From: Octopus sinensis
Lineage: Eukaryota
Length of the DNA stretch: 64,000 nucleotides
Direction of reading: 5' to 3'
Assembly (NCBI RefSeq): GCF_006345805.1
Contig: NC_043007.1
Span: 23,064,001-23,128,000 of the forward strand
Shown here: positions 1 through 11,681 of the stretch, piece by piece
Position numbering within the stretch: position 1 is the stretch's first letter
How the letters are laid out: each line of letters starts with the position of its first letter
Translations under genes and position numbers: made by a program
Notes under the pieces: generated by a model
Told to the model about the DNA's origin: nothing
The model's database searches: none
What the model saw: the letters and a program-made list of their open reading frames with translations, nothing else

Positions 1-100
1 ACACTTCCAGGTATATTACCAATAGCACTCTCCCTAAATATAAATAAGCCAACATTCTCTCAATGCAGTGCAATTACATTTACGTCTCGTCTGCTTTCAG

Positions 101-222
101 GCTCCATTTATTCCCTTCCTCACAGAACACATGTACCAGAATCTACGACAGTTCCTACCTCAGAAGAAAGGAAGCAAGCAGGATATGAGAAGCATCCATT
201 TTCTCTTTTATCCTTCTGTCAA
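101..222 (+). CDS. IARS1: Isoleucyl-tRNA synthetase, cytosolic; internal exon (first in window, gene starts upstream)
   Basis: ttcag|GCT...AA|gtaagt; APFIPFLTEHMYQNLRQ...SIHFLFYPSV matches the recalled eukaryotic IleRS motif APxxPFLTExMYQNL; ends phase 2 and joins 2223 in frame. Confidence 0.93.
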
Positions 223-379
223 GTAAGTATACATGATTATTCATCTCATCCGGCTTCATCTTCTTTGATGTCTTTTTTCCATTCTATAAAGGATAGTTAA
301 CAGCATAATTGTTGTGGTGTACTCAATGCTGGCTAGTCCAGTTTTGCCATTGACCCCCTACCTGTGGTTGAATCAGTGG

Positions 380-718
380 CCTCTACCTCCTCCTCTGCCT
401 CCTCCACTTCCTCTTCTGCCTCCTCTTCCACTTCCTGTTCTTCCTCCTCTTCTTCCACTTCCTGTTCTTCCTCCTCTTCTTCCACTTCCTGTTCTTCCTC
501 CTCTTCTTCCACTTCCTCTTCTGCCTCCCCTCCACTTCCTCCTCCTCCTCCACTTCCTCTTCTTCTCCCTCCTCCTCCTCCTCCTCCTCCTCCACTTCCT
601 CTTCTTCCTCCTCCTCCACTTCCTCTTCTTCCTCCTCCTCCTCCTCCACTTCCTCTTCTTCCTCCTCCTCCACTTCCTCTTCTTCCTCCTCCTCCTCCTC
701 CTCCTCCTCTTTTTCTTC
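380..718. repeat. Pyrimidine-rich (CCT/CTT) compound microsatellite/minisatellite in an IARS1 intron
   Basis: Almost pure C/T on the + strand, with recurring 21-27 nt higher-order units. Confidence 0.9.
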
Positions 719-1042
719 ATTATTTTGTTCATCCACTTTTCTATGTTGGTATGGGTTGGACGAGACTTTTTGTGGCAGTGTTTTGTAATTGGATCCCTGG
801 GTCAATCAAAAGTTCCTTGACTTTTAATATAAACCAGTTAACAGTTGAATGTTTTAATATACATCTCGTCTCCCTTTATCTCTCCCTCACACTTCCTTAC
901 CTCCACCACAACCATCACCCACCTCCAAGCAACATTCATTAACCCTGTCACCAACCTTATTCGCCTCTCCCATTGATTGCTATGGCTCAGGGATTGCAGG
1001 ATTGGTTTTAGACCCGTCAAGCCAAGTGAAATCATAGTCATG

Positions 1043-1217
1043 GCTGATGCTGATGTCACATAACTGGCACCCGTGCTGGTGGCATATAAAAAGCACCCAT
1101 TACACGCTTGGAGTGGTTGGCATTAAGAAGGGCATCCAGCCATGGAAACCATGCCAAATCAGACTGGGACCTTGGGTAGCCATTCAGCTTACCAGTTTCA
1201 GTCAAAACCGTCTAACC
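1043..1217 (+). mobile_element. SINE-like family D fragment
   Basis: Contains GTGGCATATAAAAAGCACCC...AAGGGCATCCAGC; cut off by a hAT MITE. Confidence 0.7.
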
Positions 1218-1365
1218 CAATGGTTCCCAACTTTTTTACTACCAAGGACCCCTTTTATTTTGATGAGTTTTCCCATGGACCTCAGGATATTGAAAGGTCT
1301 GTCAGCTTAACATGCTGATGGACCCCCTAGTACTATCTTTGTGGACCACAGGTTAGTAACCGCCG
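1218..1365. mobile_element. hAT-type MITE
   Basis: Degenerate TIR CAATGGTTCCCAAC / GTTAGTAACCGCCG; 8-bp TSD GTCTAACC at 1210-1217 and 1366-1373. Confidence 0.75.
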
Positions 1366-1377
1366 GTCTAACCCATA

Positions 1378-1605
1378 TTTCTTTATTGCCCACATGGGGC
1401 TAAATGTAGAGGAGACAAACAAGGACAGACAAAGGGATTAAGTCAATTATATCGACCCTAGTGCATAACTGGTACTTAATTTATCTCTACCCCGAAAGGG
1501 TGAAAGGCAAAGTCAACCTCAGCGGAATTTGAACTCAAAACGTAATGGCAGATGAAATACCGCTAAGCATTTTGCCTGGCGTGCTAACGTTTCTGCCAGC
1601 TCGCA
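1378..1605 (-). mobile_element. SINE family B (tRNA-like head, central GGTCGACTTTGCCTTTCATCC domain, GCCCCTTGTGGG tail)
   Basis: Full-length match to the other B copies in the window. Confidence 0.85.
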
Positions 1606-2222
1606 CTGGTCTAACCTATGCCAGCATAGAAAGCAAACACTAAATGATGATGATGATGCCATTTTTAGAACAATGAATATTCTCTCACCTTTGGATAATG
1701 ACATTTTTCTAACAGTTTATCAAAAAAAAATATCTATTCACAATAATAAATAGCAAGTATCATCATCACCAGTCATTTCATTTATCATCCTGCAGCTTAT
1801 TGGTTGTGTAGAGAGGAGTAGACAGTATAGGAATGTTGTGTAGGGTGAAACCTATCCTTTGCAAGCCAGACTATCCTTGTTTAACCCCAAGTTGGTGCTG
1901 ATCAAGCAGACTTATGATCAAAAAACATCCCAGCCAAGACCATCCTGTATTTTTCTCAGGAATTTTATAACTTGTCCTTTTTTTTAAGATGGTAGGTTAT
2001 AGATTGAGAGAGATTTGGCTGTTATATTTGGCAGCGTTGAGTGATCTTACAGAGACTGTCTTGGTTTATATACATGCTTATTTGATCTTAGAGGTTAAAT
2101 ATTCTGAATTTGCTAAGTGATCAATAAATACGTGTTAGTGTTTACTAATTAGGAAACTGAAAGCATTGATGAGGGTGGATGAAAATAATGATTCTAATTA
2201 TAGTCTATTTATTTTTTTCCAG

Positions 2223-2325
2223 TGACTCTCTGATTAAGAAAGATATTGAACGTGCAGTCTTCCGAATGCAGTGTGTCATTGAATTGGGCCGTGTGGTGCG
2301 GGATCGTAAAACACTTCCTGTGAAG
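2223..2325 (+). CDS. IARS1: IARS1 exon
   Basis: ttccag|T...AAG|gtatc; DSLIKKDIERAVFRMQCVIELGRVVRDRKTLPVK (human MQSVIELGRVIRDRKTIPIK as recalled). Confidence 0.95.
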
Positions 2326-2480
2326 GTATCAGTTTCATTTTACACTTAGCTTTATAGTTGAGCTTCACATGTGAAACTGTGAAATATACTAGCTTGCTCT
2401 GAGAGAGAGAGAGGGCGAGGAAGAGAGACTGGTACATGTGAGATGTATCCTTGTGTTATTTCAATTCATGAAATATTCTC

Positions 2481-2692
2481 GGATCTTTTCGCTTTGACCG
2501 GCAGATTTTTAAAATAATTTCTTTGTAACTAAACACTTTTAAACTTCGTATACTGGTAGAACTACAGGATTTTCTCAAGAAAGCCAAGAGAAAAAGACGT
2601 TTTATAAACACATTCTACCAGTATACGAAGTTTAAAACTTTTTAGTTGCAAAGAAATTATTTTAAAAATCTGCCGGTCAAAAGAAAAGATCC
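2481..2692. mobile_element. MITE with GGATCTTTT termini and about 80-bp arms
   Basis: Long inverted arms; imperfect 8-bp flank duplication ATATTCTC/ATATTCCT; same family as 45884-46314. Confidence 0.75.
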
Positions 2693-3034
2693 ATATTCCT
2701 TGCCTTTGGATTATCAGTTATTATTATTATTATTTTTATCCTGGTTTCATGCAGCTGTATCTGGAAGTGGTTTAGGAGATGCAAGTATTTATTTATTTCA
2801 GAAACTAATTTCTAATGCATCTCTCTAGATGTACTTCTGTACTACATCCAGAAGGGACTGTAGGCTTATGATGAATGTCTGTTTAGGGAGTTAAGGGAGT
2901 TATTTCATTCTAAAGCCACAGTACAGCAATGAGAAGGGAACTGAGAAATGTTTTTTGAAGATCCACTGCACGAGAGGGGATAGATCTAACTAATTGGTTA
3001 GAGATACTTATTTTTCATTTCTTTTCTTTTGCAG

Positions 3035-3118
3035 TATCCTCTTAAGGAAGTTGTTGCCATTCACAAAGACCCTGAAGCCTTAGAAGATATCAAGTCCTTG
3101 GAAAGCTATATTTTAGAG
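3035..3118 (+). CDS. IARS1: IARS1 exon
   Basis: gcag|TAT...GAG|gtaag; YPLKEVVAIHKDPEALEDIKSLESYILE; 84 nt, phase 0-0. Confidence 0.95.
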
Positions 3119-3221
3119 GTAAGAAAAATCCTCCCCCACCGTCGTCATCATCATCATCATCATCACTATCATCAGTCTCATCAATGTCACTAATACCACC
3201 ATTTATAGACTGCTTAGTAAT

Positions 3222-3605
3222 TACTCTTTTACTTGTTTCAGTCATTTGACTGTGACCATGCTGGAGCACCATTTTTAGTCGAGCAAATCGACCCCAGGAC
3301 TTTTTCTTTGTAAGCCTAGTACTTATTCTATCGGTCTCTTTTGCCGAACTGCTAAGTTACGGGGACGTAAACACACCAGCATTGGTTGTCAAGCGATGTT
3401 GGCGGGGACAAACACAGACACACCGTATAGACACACATACATATATACGACGGGCTTCTTTTAGTTTCTGTCTACCAAATCCACTCACAAGGCTTTGGTC
3501 AGCCTGAAGCTATAGTAGAAGACACTTGCCCAAGGTGCCATGCAGCGGGACTAAACCTGGAACCGTGTGGTTGGTAAGCAAGCTACTTACCACATAGCCC
3601 CTCCT
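3222..3605 (-). mobile_element. SINE family A (tRNA head, CORE-like block, internal TA/TG microsatellite, (TAAAAGAG)n tail)
   Basis: A box TGGCTGTGTGG, B box GGTTCAGTCC, CORE-like CCTTGGGCAAGTGTCTT. About 20 full or partial copies occur in the window. Confidence 0.88.
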
Positions 3606-3721
3606 AGTCCTCATTGAATAATGAAACTTGCAATGTGGTCTTTTTTTCCTTCTTTTAAGAATCAACTCGTTTTTTTCTTTCTTTTTTTCCTTTTTTTACA
3701 TCTTTATTATTATTTCAACAG

Positions 3722-4009
3722 GAACTGAATGTCAAACAGTTGACCGTCACCACAGACAAGGAGAAGTATGGAGTGACACTGGCAGCTGAACCAAACCACA
3801 GAATTCTGGGAACCAAATACAAGAAAGAGTACAAAGACCTGATGGCTGCCATCCGCAAGTTAAGTGACAGCCAGTTGGCCGAATATCAGAACACTGGAAA
3901 GGTGACTGTATTAGGGAATGTTCTAGTGGAAGATGAGCTGCAGCTGTCCTACAAGGTTGGCTCTAAAGCACAGGGAGATTCATCATATGAAGCACATTAT
4001 GATAATGAT
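3722..4009 (+). CDS. IARS1: IARS1 exon
   Basis: acag|GAA...GAT|gtaagt; ELNVKQLTVTTDKEKYGVTLAAEPNHRILG...YEAHYDND; 288 nt, phase 0-0. Confidence 0.95.
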
Positions 4010-4044
4010 GTAAGTTGGCTTTCCTCATTACTTTATGGAAAATC

Positions 4045-4350
4045 GGGAAGATGTGTAGCTGGGTGGTTAGGGTATTCGGCTTACGATCGCAAGGTCATGA
4101 GTTTGATTGCTGGTGGTGTCCGAGCAAGACACTTTATTTTCACATTGTTGCAATCTGCTCAGCTGGTAAAAGTTAAGTAGTGCATGTATTTCAAAGAGCC
4201 TGCCATGTCATGCTGAGTCTCCCTGAGAACTGCATTAATGGTAGGTATGTCTGTGGAGTGCTCAGCCACTTGCCTGTTAATTTCATGAGCAGGCTGTTCT
4301 GTTGATCAGATAAATAGGAACACTTATTGTCATAACCAACAGAGTGCCAG
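4045..4350 (+). mobile_element. SINE with family E head/CORE block and family C 3' part
   Basis: tRNA-like head, GAGCAAGACACTTTATTTTCAC core, then GGAGTGCTCAGCCACTT...GAGCAGGCTGTTC tail. Confidence 0.65.
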
Positions 4351-4654
4351 GGAAATATATACATACAATAGTAGGCGCGGGCATGGCTATGTGGTTAGGG
4401 AGCTTGCTTCCTAGCTATATGATTTCGGGTTCAGTCCCACTGCGTGGCACTTTGGGTAGGTGTCTTTCACTATAGCCCCGAGCTGACCGGAGCTTTGTGA
4501 TTGAATTCGGTAGGTGGAAGTTACTGCCGTGTGTGTATATGTGCGTGTAGGTGCTTGTGCCTCTCCGAAAGAGAGAGAGGGATTATAGACCGATGTAGTA
4601 CAATACAATATATAGAAGTGTATTATTATATATATTATAGAGTGATGTAACGAT

Positions 4655-4961
4655 AAACGTCACCCTTTTCAAGCCTAGTCAGGCTCATGGTCCTGGTTTC
4701 CTAGTTTCTCTGGCATATGTGTTCCCCCCAGCTGGACAGGACACCAATCCATCACAGCATTACTCAAGAAACAGGAAGAGAGAGTGACAGAAAGTTGTGG
4801 CGAAAGAGTACAACAGGGGTCACCACCACCCCCTGCCGGAGCCTCGTGGAGCTTTTAGGTGTTTTTGCTCAATAAACACACACAATGCCCAGTCTGGGAA
4901 TCGAAACTGCGATCCTCCGACCATGAGTCTGCTGCCCTAACCACTGTGCCATTGCACCTCC
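4655..4961 (-). mobile_element. SINE family C head and centre with an alternative tail
   Basis: GGAGGTGCAATGGCACAGTGGTTAGGGCAGCAGAC head; tail differs from 46554-46931. Confidence 0.7.
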
Positions 4962-5077
4962 ATGTAGTAGAGTATATAGAAGTATATTATAGTGTAGTTG
5001 TAGTACAGTACAATAAATTGAAATAATACAGTATAGTAGAGAGTAGTGCTTACCATCAGAGACACAATTGTGTAACT

Positions 5078-5332
5078 CAGTGGTTCTCAATCAGGGTCTA
5101 CCTGACCTTTGGGGTTCCACTTAAGATTTTATTGTTAAAAATTGGTGTGCAATAAATTGGTTCTTCTAATTTATACAGAATTTATATGCAGAATATTTCA
5201 ACAATTTTTCATACAATTCCTAGTAATAAAAATATAATGGGACGTTTTTAAGCATCGAATGTCTATAGGGGTGGAGTAGAATAAAATAGGAATCAAAAAG
5301 GTCCTGAGGCAAAAAATAGTTGAGAACCACTG
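5078..5332. mobile_element. hAT (Charlie-like) MITE
   Basis: TIR CAGTGGTTCTCAA / TTGAGAACCACTG; same family as 22290-22819; TSD not preserved. Confidence 0.75.
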
Positions 5333-5374
5333 GTCTCACAGATCTGTCTTACTAAAATCTATTTTATATTTTAG

Positions 5375-5470
5375 CTTCTGATCATGTTGGATGTGACCCC
5401 TGACAAGTCGATGGTAGAAGAAGGTATTGCACGAGAAGTCATTAATCGTATTCAGAAACTGAGGAAGAAG
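5375..5470 (+). CDS. IARS1: IARS1 exon
   Basis: ttag|CTT...AAG|gtgagt; LLIMLDVTPDKSMVEEGIAREVINRIQKLRKK, near-identical to the conserved eukaryotic IleRS motif. Confidence 0.96.
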
Positions 5471-5603
5471 GTGAGTAATTGTGTGTTTGTTGCTGAAATA
5501 GTGTGTATTGTTTCTTTGTCTGCTAAAACATAGTGTGTATGTATTGTCTCTAAAATATAAAAAAACTTGGTGTGTGTGTATTTATTTGAATTGAAATCAA
5601 ATT

Positions 5604-5946
5604 CGATGACTGGCATCCGTGCTAGTGGAGCACTAAGAGCACCATCTGAGCATAATCATTACCAGAATAGCAAACTGGCTTCCACCCGGTGGTACGTAAA
5701 AAGAAAAAAACCGTTCGAGCGTGATCGTTACCAGTGTCGCCTTACTGGTACTTGTGCTGGTGGCACGTGAAAAAACATTCGAGCGAGGTCGTTGCCAGTA
5801 CCACTGGACTGGCTCTTGTGCAGGAGGCACGTGAAAAACACCATTTGAGCGTGGCCGTTGCCAGTACTGCCTGACTGGCCCTCGTGCCGGTGGCACGTAA
5901 AAGCACCCACTACACTCTTGGAGTGGTTGGTTTAGGAATAGCATCC
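5604..5946 (+). mobile_element. SINE-like family D, 5' subrepeat array (3' truncated)
   Basis: About five subrepeats carrying GGTGGCACGTAAAAAGCACC-like cores. Confidence 0.75.
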
Positions 5947-6032
5947 ATCATTTATGGACATATTCCACAATTTGTCTGATCAGATATCTTTTAAACCCTT
6001 AAGTCTTAACCCAAATATGCTGTGTATTACAG

Positions 6033-6203
6033 GCTCATCTTGTCCCAGCTGACAACATCACCATCTTCTACAAAGCCACTCCTAATCTAGCAGCTGTCAT
6101 CAAGAATAACCAAGAATTCATTTATTCCACTATCAAACAGCCACTCTTACCAGATTTGGCGTCGGGTCACTATACTGATGTCATCATCAAGGACTCTGTA
6201 TCG
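6033..6203 (+). CDS. IARS1: IARS1 exon
   Basis: tacag|GCT...TCG|gtact; AHLVPADNITIFYKA...EFIYSTIKQPL; 171 nt, phase 0-0. Confidence 0.93.
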
Positions 6204-6445
6204 GTACTGTATCTGTTTTTCATTCTATGCTTTAAAATATGTTTCAACTGTCTCTTGACACAGCTCTTGTGCTGACATTTAGGTTCATAATCTGGCTTTG
6301 GCAGAATTTATTAAATTTCTTTAAATCTTTGTGATCTTATTTCTAACGGAATCTACTGCTATGTATATGCATACACATATATCCACCACACAAACACATA
6401 CATTTGTGCATTTTTACCTATATACACACACACATGCACACACAG

Positions 6446-6660
6446 TGGAGGCACATGGCCTGGTGGTTAGAGCAGTGGACTCGTGGTTGAGGGATCACGG
6501 GTTCGAATCTCAGACCAGGTGATGTGTGTGTTTATAAGCGAAACACCTAAGCTCCGGCTCCGGCAGAAGGTAATGGCGAACTTCTGCTGACTCTTTCACC
6601 ACAACTTTCTCTCAGTCTTTCCTCCTGCATCTTGCAGCTCACTTGGAAACTGGCTCTTAT
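6446..6660 (+). mobile_element. SINE family C variant, partial
   Basis: GGAGGCACATGGCCTGGTGGTTAGAGCAGTGGACTCG head; ACTCTTTCACCACAACTTTCTCTCA centre. Confidence 0.65.
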
Positions 6661-6673
6661 GAACCAGGGAACA

Positions 6674-6716
<43 letters not shown>

Positions 6717-7032
6717 TATATAATATATTTTTCATTGAGAAACAATGTGTGGCTGATTGACTTTTTAGAAATAGTAGTCACGGTTTCACTTATAACATTG
6801 TACTGTCTAAAAAATGGCAAGGACATGGTGGTTATTGCTGGAATGATTTTGATCATAGATATAGTCAATAGTAGGCCTTGGACTCTGCAATAACAGTATA
6901 TTTACTACTATACACTATACATAAACATCACACACGCATACACACACATACTATTCCTCCATGTGCATATGTATGACCACACACATACACATTTGCTATT
7001 ATGTATGTTGGAGAATTATTCTTTATATATTA

Positions 7033-7442
7033 CTAGCAGCTAAGCCCTGTTTCACCCGGTTTTTTTGGATGATGTGGCTGTGATCGTTTTTGGTTAGGCA
7101 TAATCTATAACAGCGTTTGTCAACCATATCATTTCGGGTCCCCTGTTTCAATTGGAGCCTCCAGCTATATGAAAATTTCCTTACCCCACCCCGTCTGAAA
7201 ACAGCTTCTAAGCAACTGGTTGCTTTAATGGCAGAAGAAAGAGGGGAATTCCATTAGAAAAAGTTTTAATCAATTTTCTCGGTAAATATTTGGGTTAGGA
7301 AAAAAATACAAACTGCATTCCAATCTATGCACCCATCTCCACATGTGTGCCATTTTTCACACGAATCCACCCAGCCGTTTGGCTGTGAACCTCAAGACAA
7401 GAAAGAATACAACAATCGCCCATGTCCAATTTATATTATAGA
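7033..7442 (-). mobile_element. Non-autonomous Helitron
   Basis: On the - strand: A|TCTATAATATAAA 5' end, subterminal hairpin CCGGGTGAAACAGGG, 3' CTAG|T; no TSD. Confidence 0.75.
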
Positions 7443-7714
7443 TTAATTTGCAGAAGTTACATAGTTACTCACAGGCCAAGAGTTTCATGCATTTACACCT
7501 ATCAGACATGTCACTGAATCTAAATACATACATACACATAGAAGGTTGTTATGGCCAGTCAGAGAGTGACCATTAGATTCACACCTATAAAGATCTTAGT
7601 TGTATAGGTGACTCATCCAACTTGTTGGCCAGCCATAACAAACAACCTTTTTAATATACACACACACACACACACATACAAACATCTATATTTATTTCCT
7701 TCATTTGTTTGCAG

Positions 7715-7951
7715 GTGAAATCTGATAATTTAGAGATGACCATAGTGAAGGGTCAGCATTCAGCTGACATGTTGAAAGACAGCTCTACATATGCCCCGGT
7801 TCAGAATGGGGTAACGCCCACATGTAAATATGTCAACCTAGAGTTATGTAATGTGCCTAACAACGAGGGCCGTACAGGTGCCCGTGGCACTTTGCTATTA
7901 GAAAACCCTCAGGGATGCTATCCAATTAAGTATAAAGAGTTGGTTAAGCAG
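7715..7951 (+). CDS. IARS1: IARS1 exon (start of UNE-I repeat 1)
   Basis: gcag|GTG...CAG|gtaagt; VKSDNLEMTIVKG...CKYVNLELCN...GTLLLENPQG...ELVKQ. Confidence 0.93.
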
Positions 7952-8118
7952 GTAAGTAATCTGTTTTTTATTTGTTTATTTGTTTTGAGATTTTTATATA
8001 TGAGTCGAAGGCATGGTTGTGTGGTTAAGGCATTTGTTTGCAACCACTTGTTTCCAGGTTCAATCCAACTTGATACAGCATCTTAGACAAGTGTCTTTTT
8101 ACCGTAGCCTCATTATCA

Positions 8119-8345
8119 TCACATGTCTGTTTTCCATGCTGGCATGGGTTGGACGGTTTGACTGAAAACTGATAAGCTGGGGAGCTGCACCAGGTTTCAA
8201 TCTGATTTGGCATGGTTTCTACAGTTGAATGCCCTTCCTAACACCAACCACTCCGAGAGTGTAGTGGGTGCTTTTCACATGCTACCGGCACAGGGGCCAG
8301 TTACGAAACACTGGCATCAGTCACGACTATGATCTCACTTGGCTT
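8119..8345 (-). mobile_element. SINE-like family D copy
   Basis: (GAT)n tail and GGAAGGGCATTCAACTGTAGAAA core on the - strand. Confidence 0.7.
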
Positions 8346-8519
8346 GGGTTGCACAAATGTCTTTAGAGTAAAATTTGCCTGACAAAAATGGTATGGAAGC
8401 CCACCATATAATGCATGTGTATATCTGACCAATATATATTGGAAGAATTGTACACATCAGCAAGAAAACCAATAAACTGATGCATTTGAACAAAAATGGT
8501 TAGTCTATGTTAATATAGG

Positions 8520-8722
8520 GCTGGTTTCTCTGACATATATATTCCTCCCTGGATGGGACACCAGTTCATTGCAGGATTATTTATTTTTACCAGCTGAGTG
8601 GACTGGAGCAAAGTGAAATGAAGTGTTTTGCTCAAGAACACAACACACTGCCTGGTCCAGGAATTGAAACCACAATCTTACGATCATGATTCCTATACCC
8701 TGACTACTAAGCCATGTGCATC
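8520..8722 (-). mobile_element. SINE family E (tRNA head + CORE-like block)
   Basis: GCACATGGCTTAGTAGTCAGGG head, TGTGTTCTTGAGCAAAACACTTCATTTCAC core; similar copies at 32120-32360 and 35635-35875. Confidence 0.7.
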
Positions 8723-9180
8723 CATACTGTTTTCTTGTGGTCATACAAATTATTTCTAACATCATCCTCATCATTTAATATTCAATTTTCTGTGCTCGCA
8801 TGGGTCAGATGGAGTTCATTGAGGCACATTTTCTATGGCTGGATGCCCTTCCTGTCGCCGGACTTCATCTGTTTTCAAGGAAAATTATATATCTCAGACA
8901 TGTTTTCACAGAATATTGGAAATGAATGACACTGCTTGTATTTCAGTGACACTCATTTTCAACTATCACATGGTGTCAAGACAAGGACACACATACATAT
9001 ACAACAGATATTTTTTCAGTTTCCATCTACCAAATCCACTCACAAAGGCTTTTGGTTGGCCCAGGGCAATAGAACATGCTTGCCCAAGGGTCTACACTGT
9101 GGGACCAACCCTGAAACTATGGTTGGGAAGCAAACTTCTTAACCACTCAGCAACACCTACATCTTTATTAATGGTAATAA

Positions 9181-9655
9181 TTCATCATCATCATTGTTTA
9201 GTGTCTGTTTTCCTTGCTGGCATGGGTTGGACGGTTTGACTGAGGTCTGGAAAGCCAGTGGCTGCACCAGGCTCCAATCTGATCTGGCAATGTTTCTTCA
9301 GCTGGATAACATTCCTAACACCAACCACTCTGAGAGCGTAATGGGTGCCTTTACATTTCACCAGCACAGGAGTCAGTCAGGTGGGCCTGGCATTGATCAC
9401 GTTCGGATGGTGCTTTTTACGTGCCACTGGCACGGGAGCCAGTTGGGGGGCATTGGCATTGGCCACGTTTGGATGATGCATTTTATGTGTCACTGGAACG
9501 GGAGCCAGTCAGGGGACACTTGCCACAGCTACGATTTTGGTTTTACTTGACTCAACAGGTCTTCTCAAGCATATCATATCGCCTGACACATCAAGGGTAC
9601 TTTTAAATGGGCTGGACATGCAACACTGGCATCGGCCATGGCTGTGATCTCACTT
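9181..9655 (-). mobile_element. SINE-like family D, long copy
   Basis: Subrepeat array, core and (GAT)n tail on the - strand. Confidence 0.75.
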
Positions 9656-9755
9656 TAGTTGTTTAATAATAATAATAATAATAACAATAAATCATTTCTT
9701 TTAAACTATTGAGATGTCTTTAGTTAATCTGTAATTCTTATTTCCTCCTTTGCAG

Positions 9756-10058
9756 ATCCAGTCAGTGTTTGGATTAAGAAGTCAGGATATATCCGTCTTT
9801 TTGGATCGCACATTGACAGACAAGCTGAAACCACAGCATAATTCAGAATTCCTTAATTCTCGGACCTTATATGTTGGGGCCAACAATCCTGCCAAGGCTG
9901 AACCCTGTCCGAAGAAAGAGAACGAAGTCACTTCGCCTATTTGTCATTTTGCCAATGTACAATTGGTTGGTAACAAACCAGCCAATGGCAAAAAGGGAAC
10001 TATTCTTTTAGAGAATCCACAGTGTAGTTTCTTTAGCTTCAAGCAGCTAGAATCACAG
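9756..10058 (+). CDS. IARS1: IARS1 exon (end of UNE-I repeat 1, start of repeat 2)
   Basis: tgcag|ATC...CAG|gtatgt; IQSVFGLRSQDISVFLD...RTLYV...CHFANVQL...GTILLENPQ...QLESQ. Confidence 0.93.
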
Positions 10059-11156
10059 GTATGTACCATCTACTATTGGCAGGTAGATGTAATTATGAAG
10101 TTGACATCTTCCTCTTCATCATCATTCATTCGTCGTCGTCATCATCGTCAATCATCATCATCAATCACCATCATCATTAATCACCATCATCATCAATCAC
10201 CATCATCATTAATCACCATCATCATCAATCATCATTATCAATCATCATCATCATTATTACTGTTTTGTTAGCATGCTAGATGAAATGCTAAGCAGAATTT
10301 CACCGATCGCTTTGTTCTGAGTTCAAATTCAGCTGAAGTTCACTTTGCCTTTCTTCCTTTCAGGGTCGATAAATTAAGTACCAGTGAAAAGTTGGGGTCG
10401 ATGTAACTGACTAGTTCTCGCTCCCAAAATTTCAGGCTTTGTACCTTTAGTAGACAAAATTATTATTATTTAACATCAATTTTTCATTGCCAGTATGATA
10501 GATAGGTCTGCAAACATACCAGTGACCCTAAAATTCTCAAGGTTATCATAACCCCTAACTGCCTGTTAGATCTATAGTATCACTTTCCTGTCTAATATTT
10601 CTTGCTCAGTTTCTATTATGGATACCTTCTTATTTCTTTATTGCCCACAAGGGGCTAAATATAGAGGGGACAAACAAGGACAGACAAAATCACTTCAGGT
10701 CCTATATGTGAAGTTGGGCTTATGTGACATTCTGTAATAGACTAAAACTTTTTTTTTTCTTGAGTATGCATAATTTACACTGTCTGAAAGGTATTTGTTA
10801 AAAATTTCATTAAACATACCTGTTTTTTTTGAAAGTTATGAGGAAACAAAGAGAACTCGTGTGAATTTTTAAAAACTCTCCCCATTCACAGAAATTTTTT
10901 TTTCTCAACAAATTCCAATACAGTCAGATTCTACACCATCTAAAATGTATTTGTAGAAAATTTCATTAAAAAAATATTCACTTTCCTGGAAGTTATGAGG
11001 AAACAAAGTCAGTGGGGCTGGAGTCACATTTGTGTAGGTATGCTGAATTTAGGATAAGGGGTGTGACTAAACACTGCCAGTTAAGTCTGTTATTTGACTC
11101 TTTCTGCCATTCACCACATCATCATCCTCAATAACAATGCTTTTTTTTATTTACAG

Positions 11157-11300
11157 GTAAAAACCATTTTTGGTCTGGATGGCAAGAAGAAGGTGCGTCT
11201 TAGCCACACGCCTGATGGTAACTCCCCTGTAAAGGACTCTGTAAAAGGAGAAGAAGTTCGCAGCCTTCATTCATCATCCATCTTTGTATTACAATCATGA
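11157..11300 (+). CDS. IARS1: IARS1 terminal coding exon
   Basis: ttacag|GTA...TGA; VKTIFGLDGKKKVRLS...LHSSSIFVLQS*; completes repeat 2. Confidence 0.9.
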   Translation, partial: VKTIFGLDGKKKVRLSHTPDGNSPVKDSVKGEEVRSLHSSSIFVLQS

Positions 11301-11487
11301 CATCAGTGTTAGGGAACAGAGGAACCGAACCATTTTAGGAGGCAGCTCCTTTGGTCAGACTGCTTGAGCTGCCCTGCTAGCTGCTTCTTAATTTACCTGC
11401 TGTGATCATGATGAGGAGGAGGAGGAGAAGGAGGATGATGGTGATGACAATGATCATTCGTTGGCCTTTCAATTTTTGTGTTTTTAC

Positions 11488-11493
11488 AATAAA
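11488..11493 (+). terminator. Candidate polyadenylation signal of IARS1
   Basis: AATAAA about 190 nt after the stop codon, with T/GT-rich sequence downstream. Confidence 0.5.
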
Positions 11494-11681
11494 CATCTAT
11501 TGAATTTCGATGTTGTTTATTTTTGTATTGTGACAGTTTGGGTGGTGAGGGCAATTGGCCTTGAAGCATGGTACATCCAATCAAAATAGAGTTACAATTG
11601 AGGACCAATAGCCTGTTGATGTATTGGTAACTTTGACACATTGTAACAATAAGTTCCATGGTATACTAACCAGTCATTTAG

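Noticed and set aside
314-942. Long Pro/Ser/Glu/Arg-rich ORFs on both strands
   Set aside because: Translations of a CCT/CTT microsatellite inside the IARS1 intron; no splice or homology support
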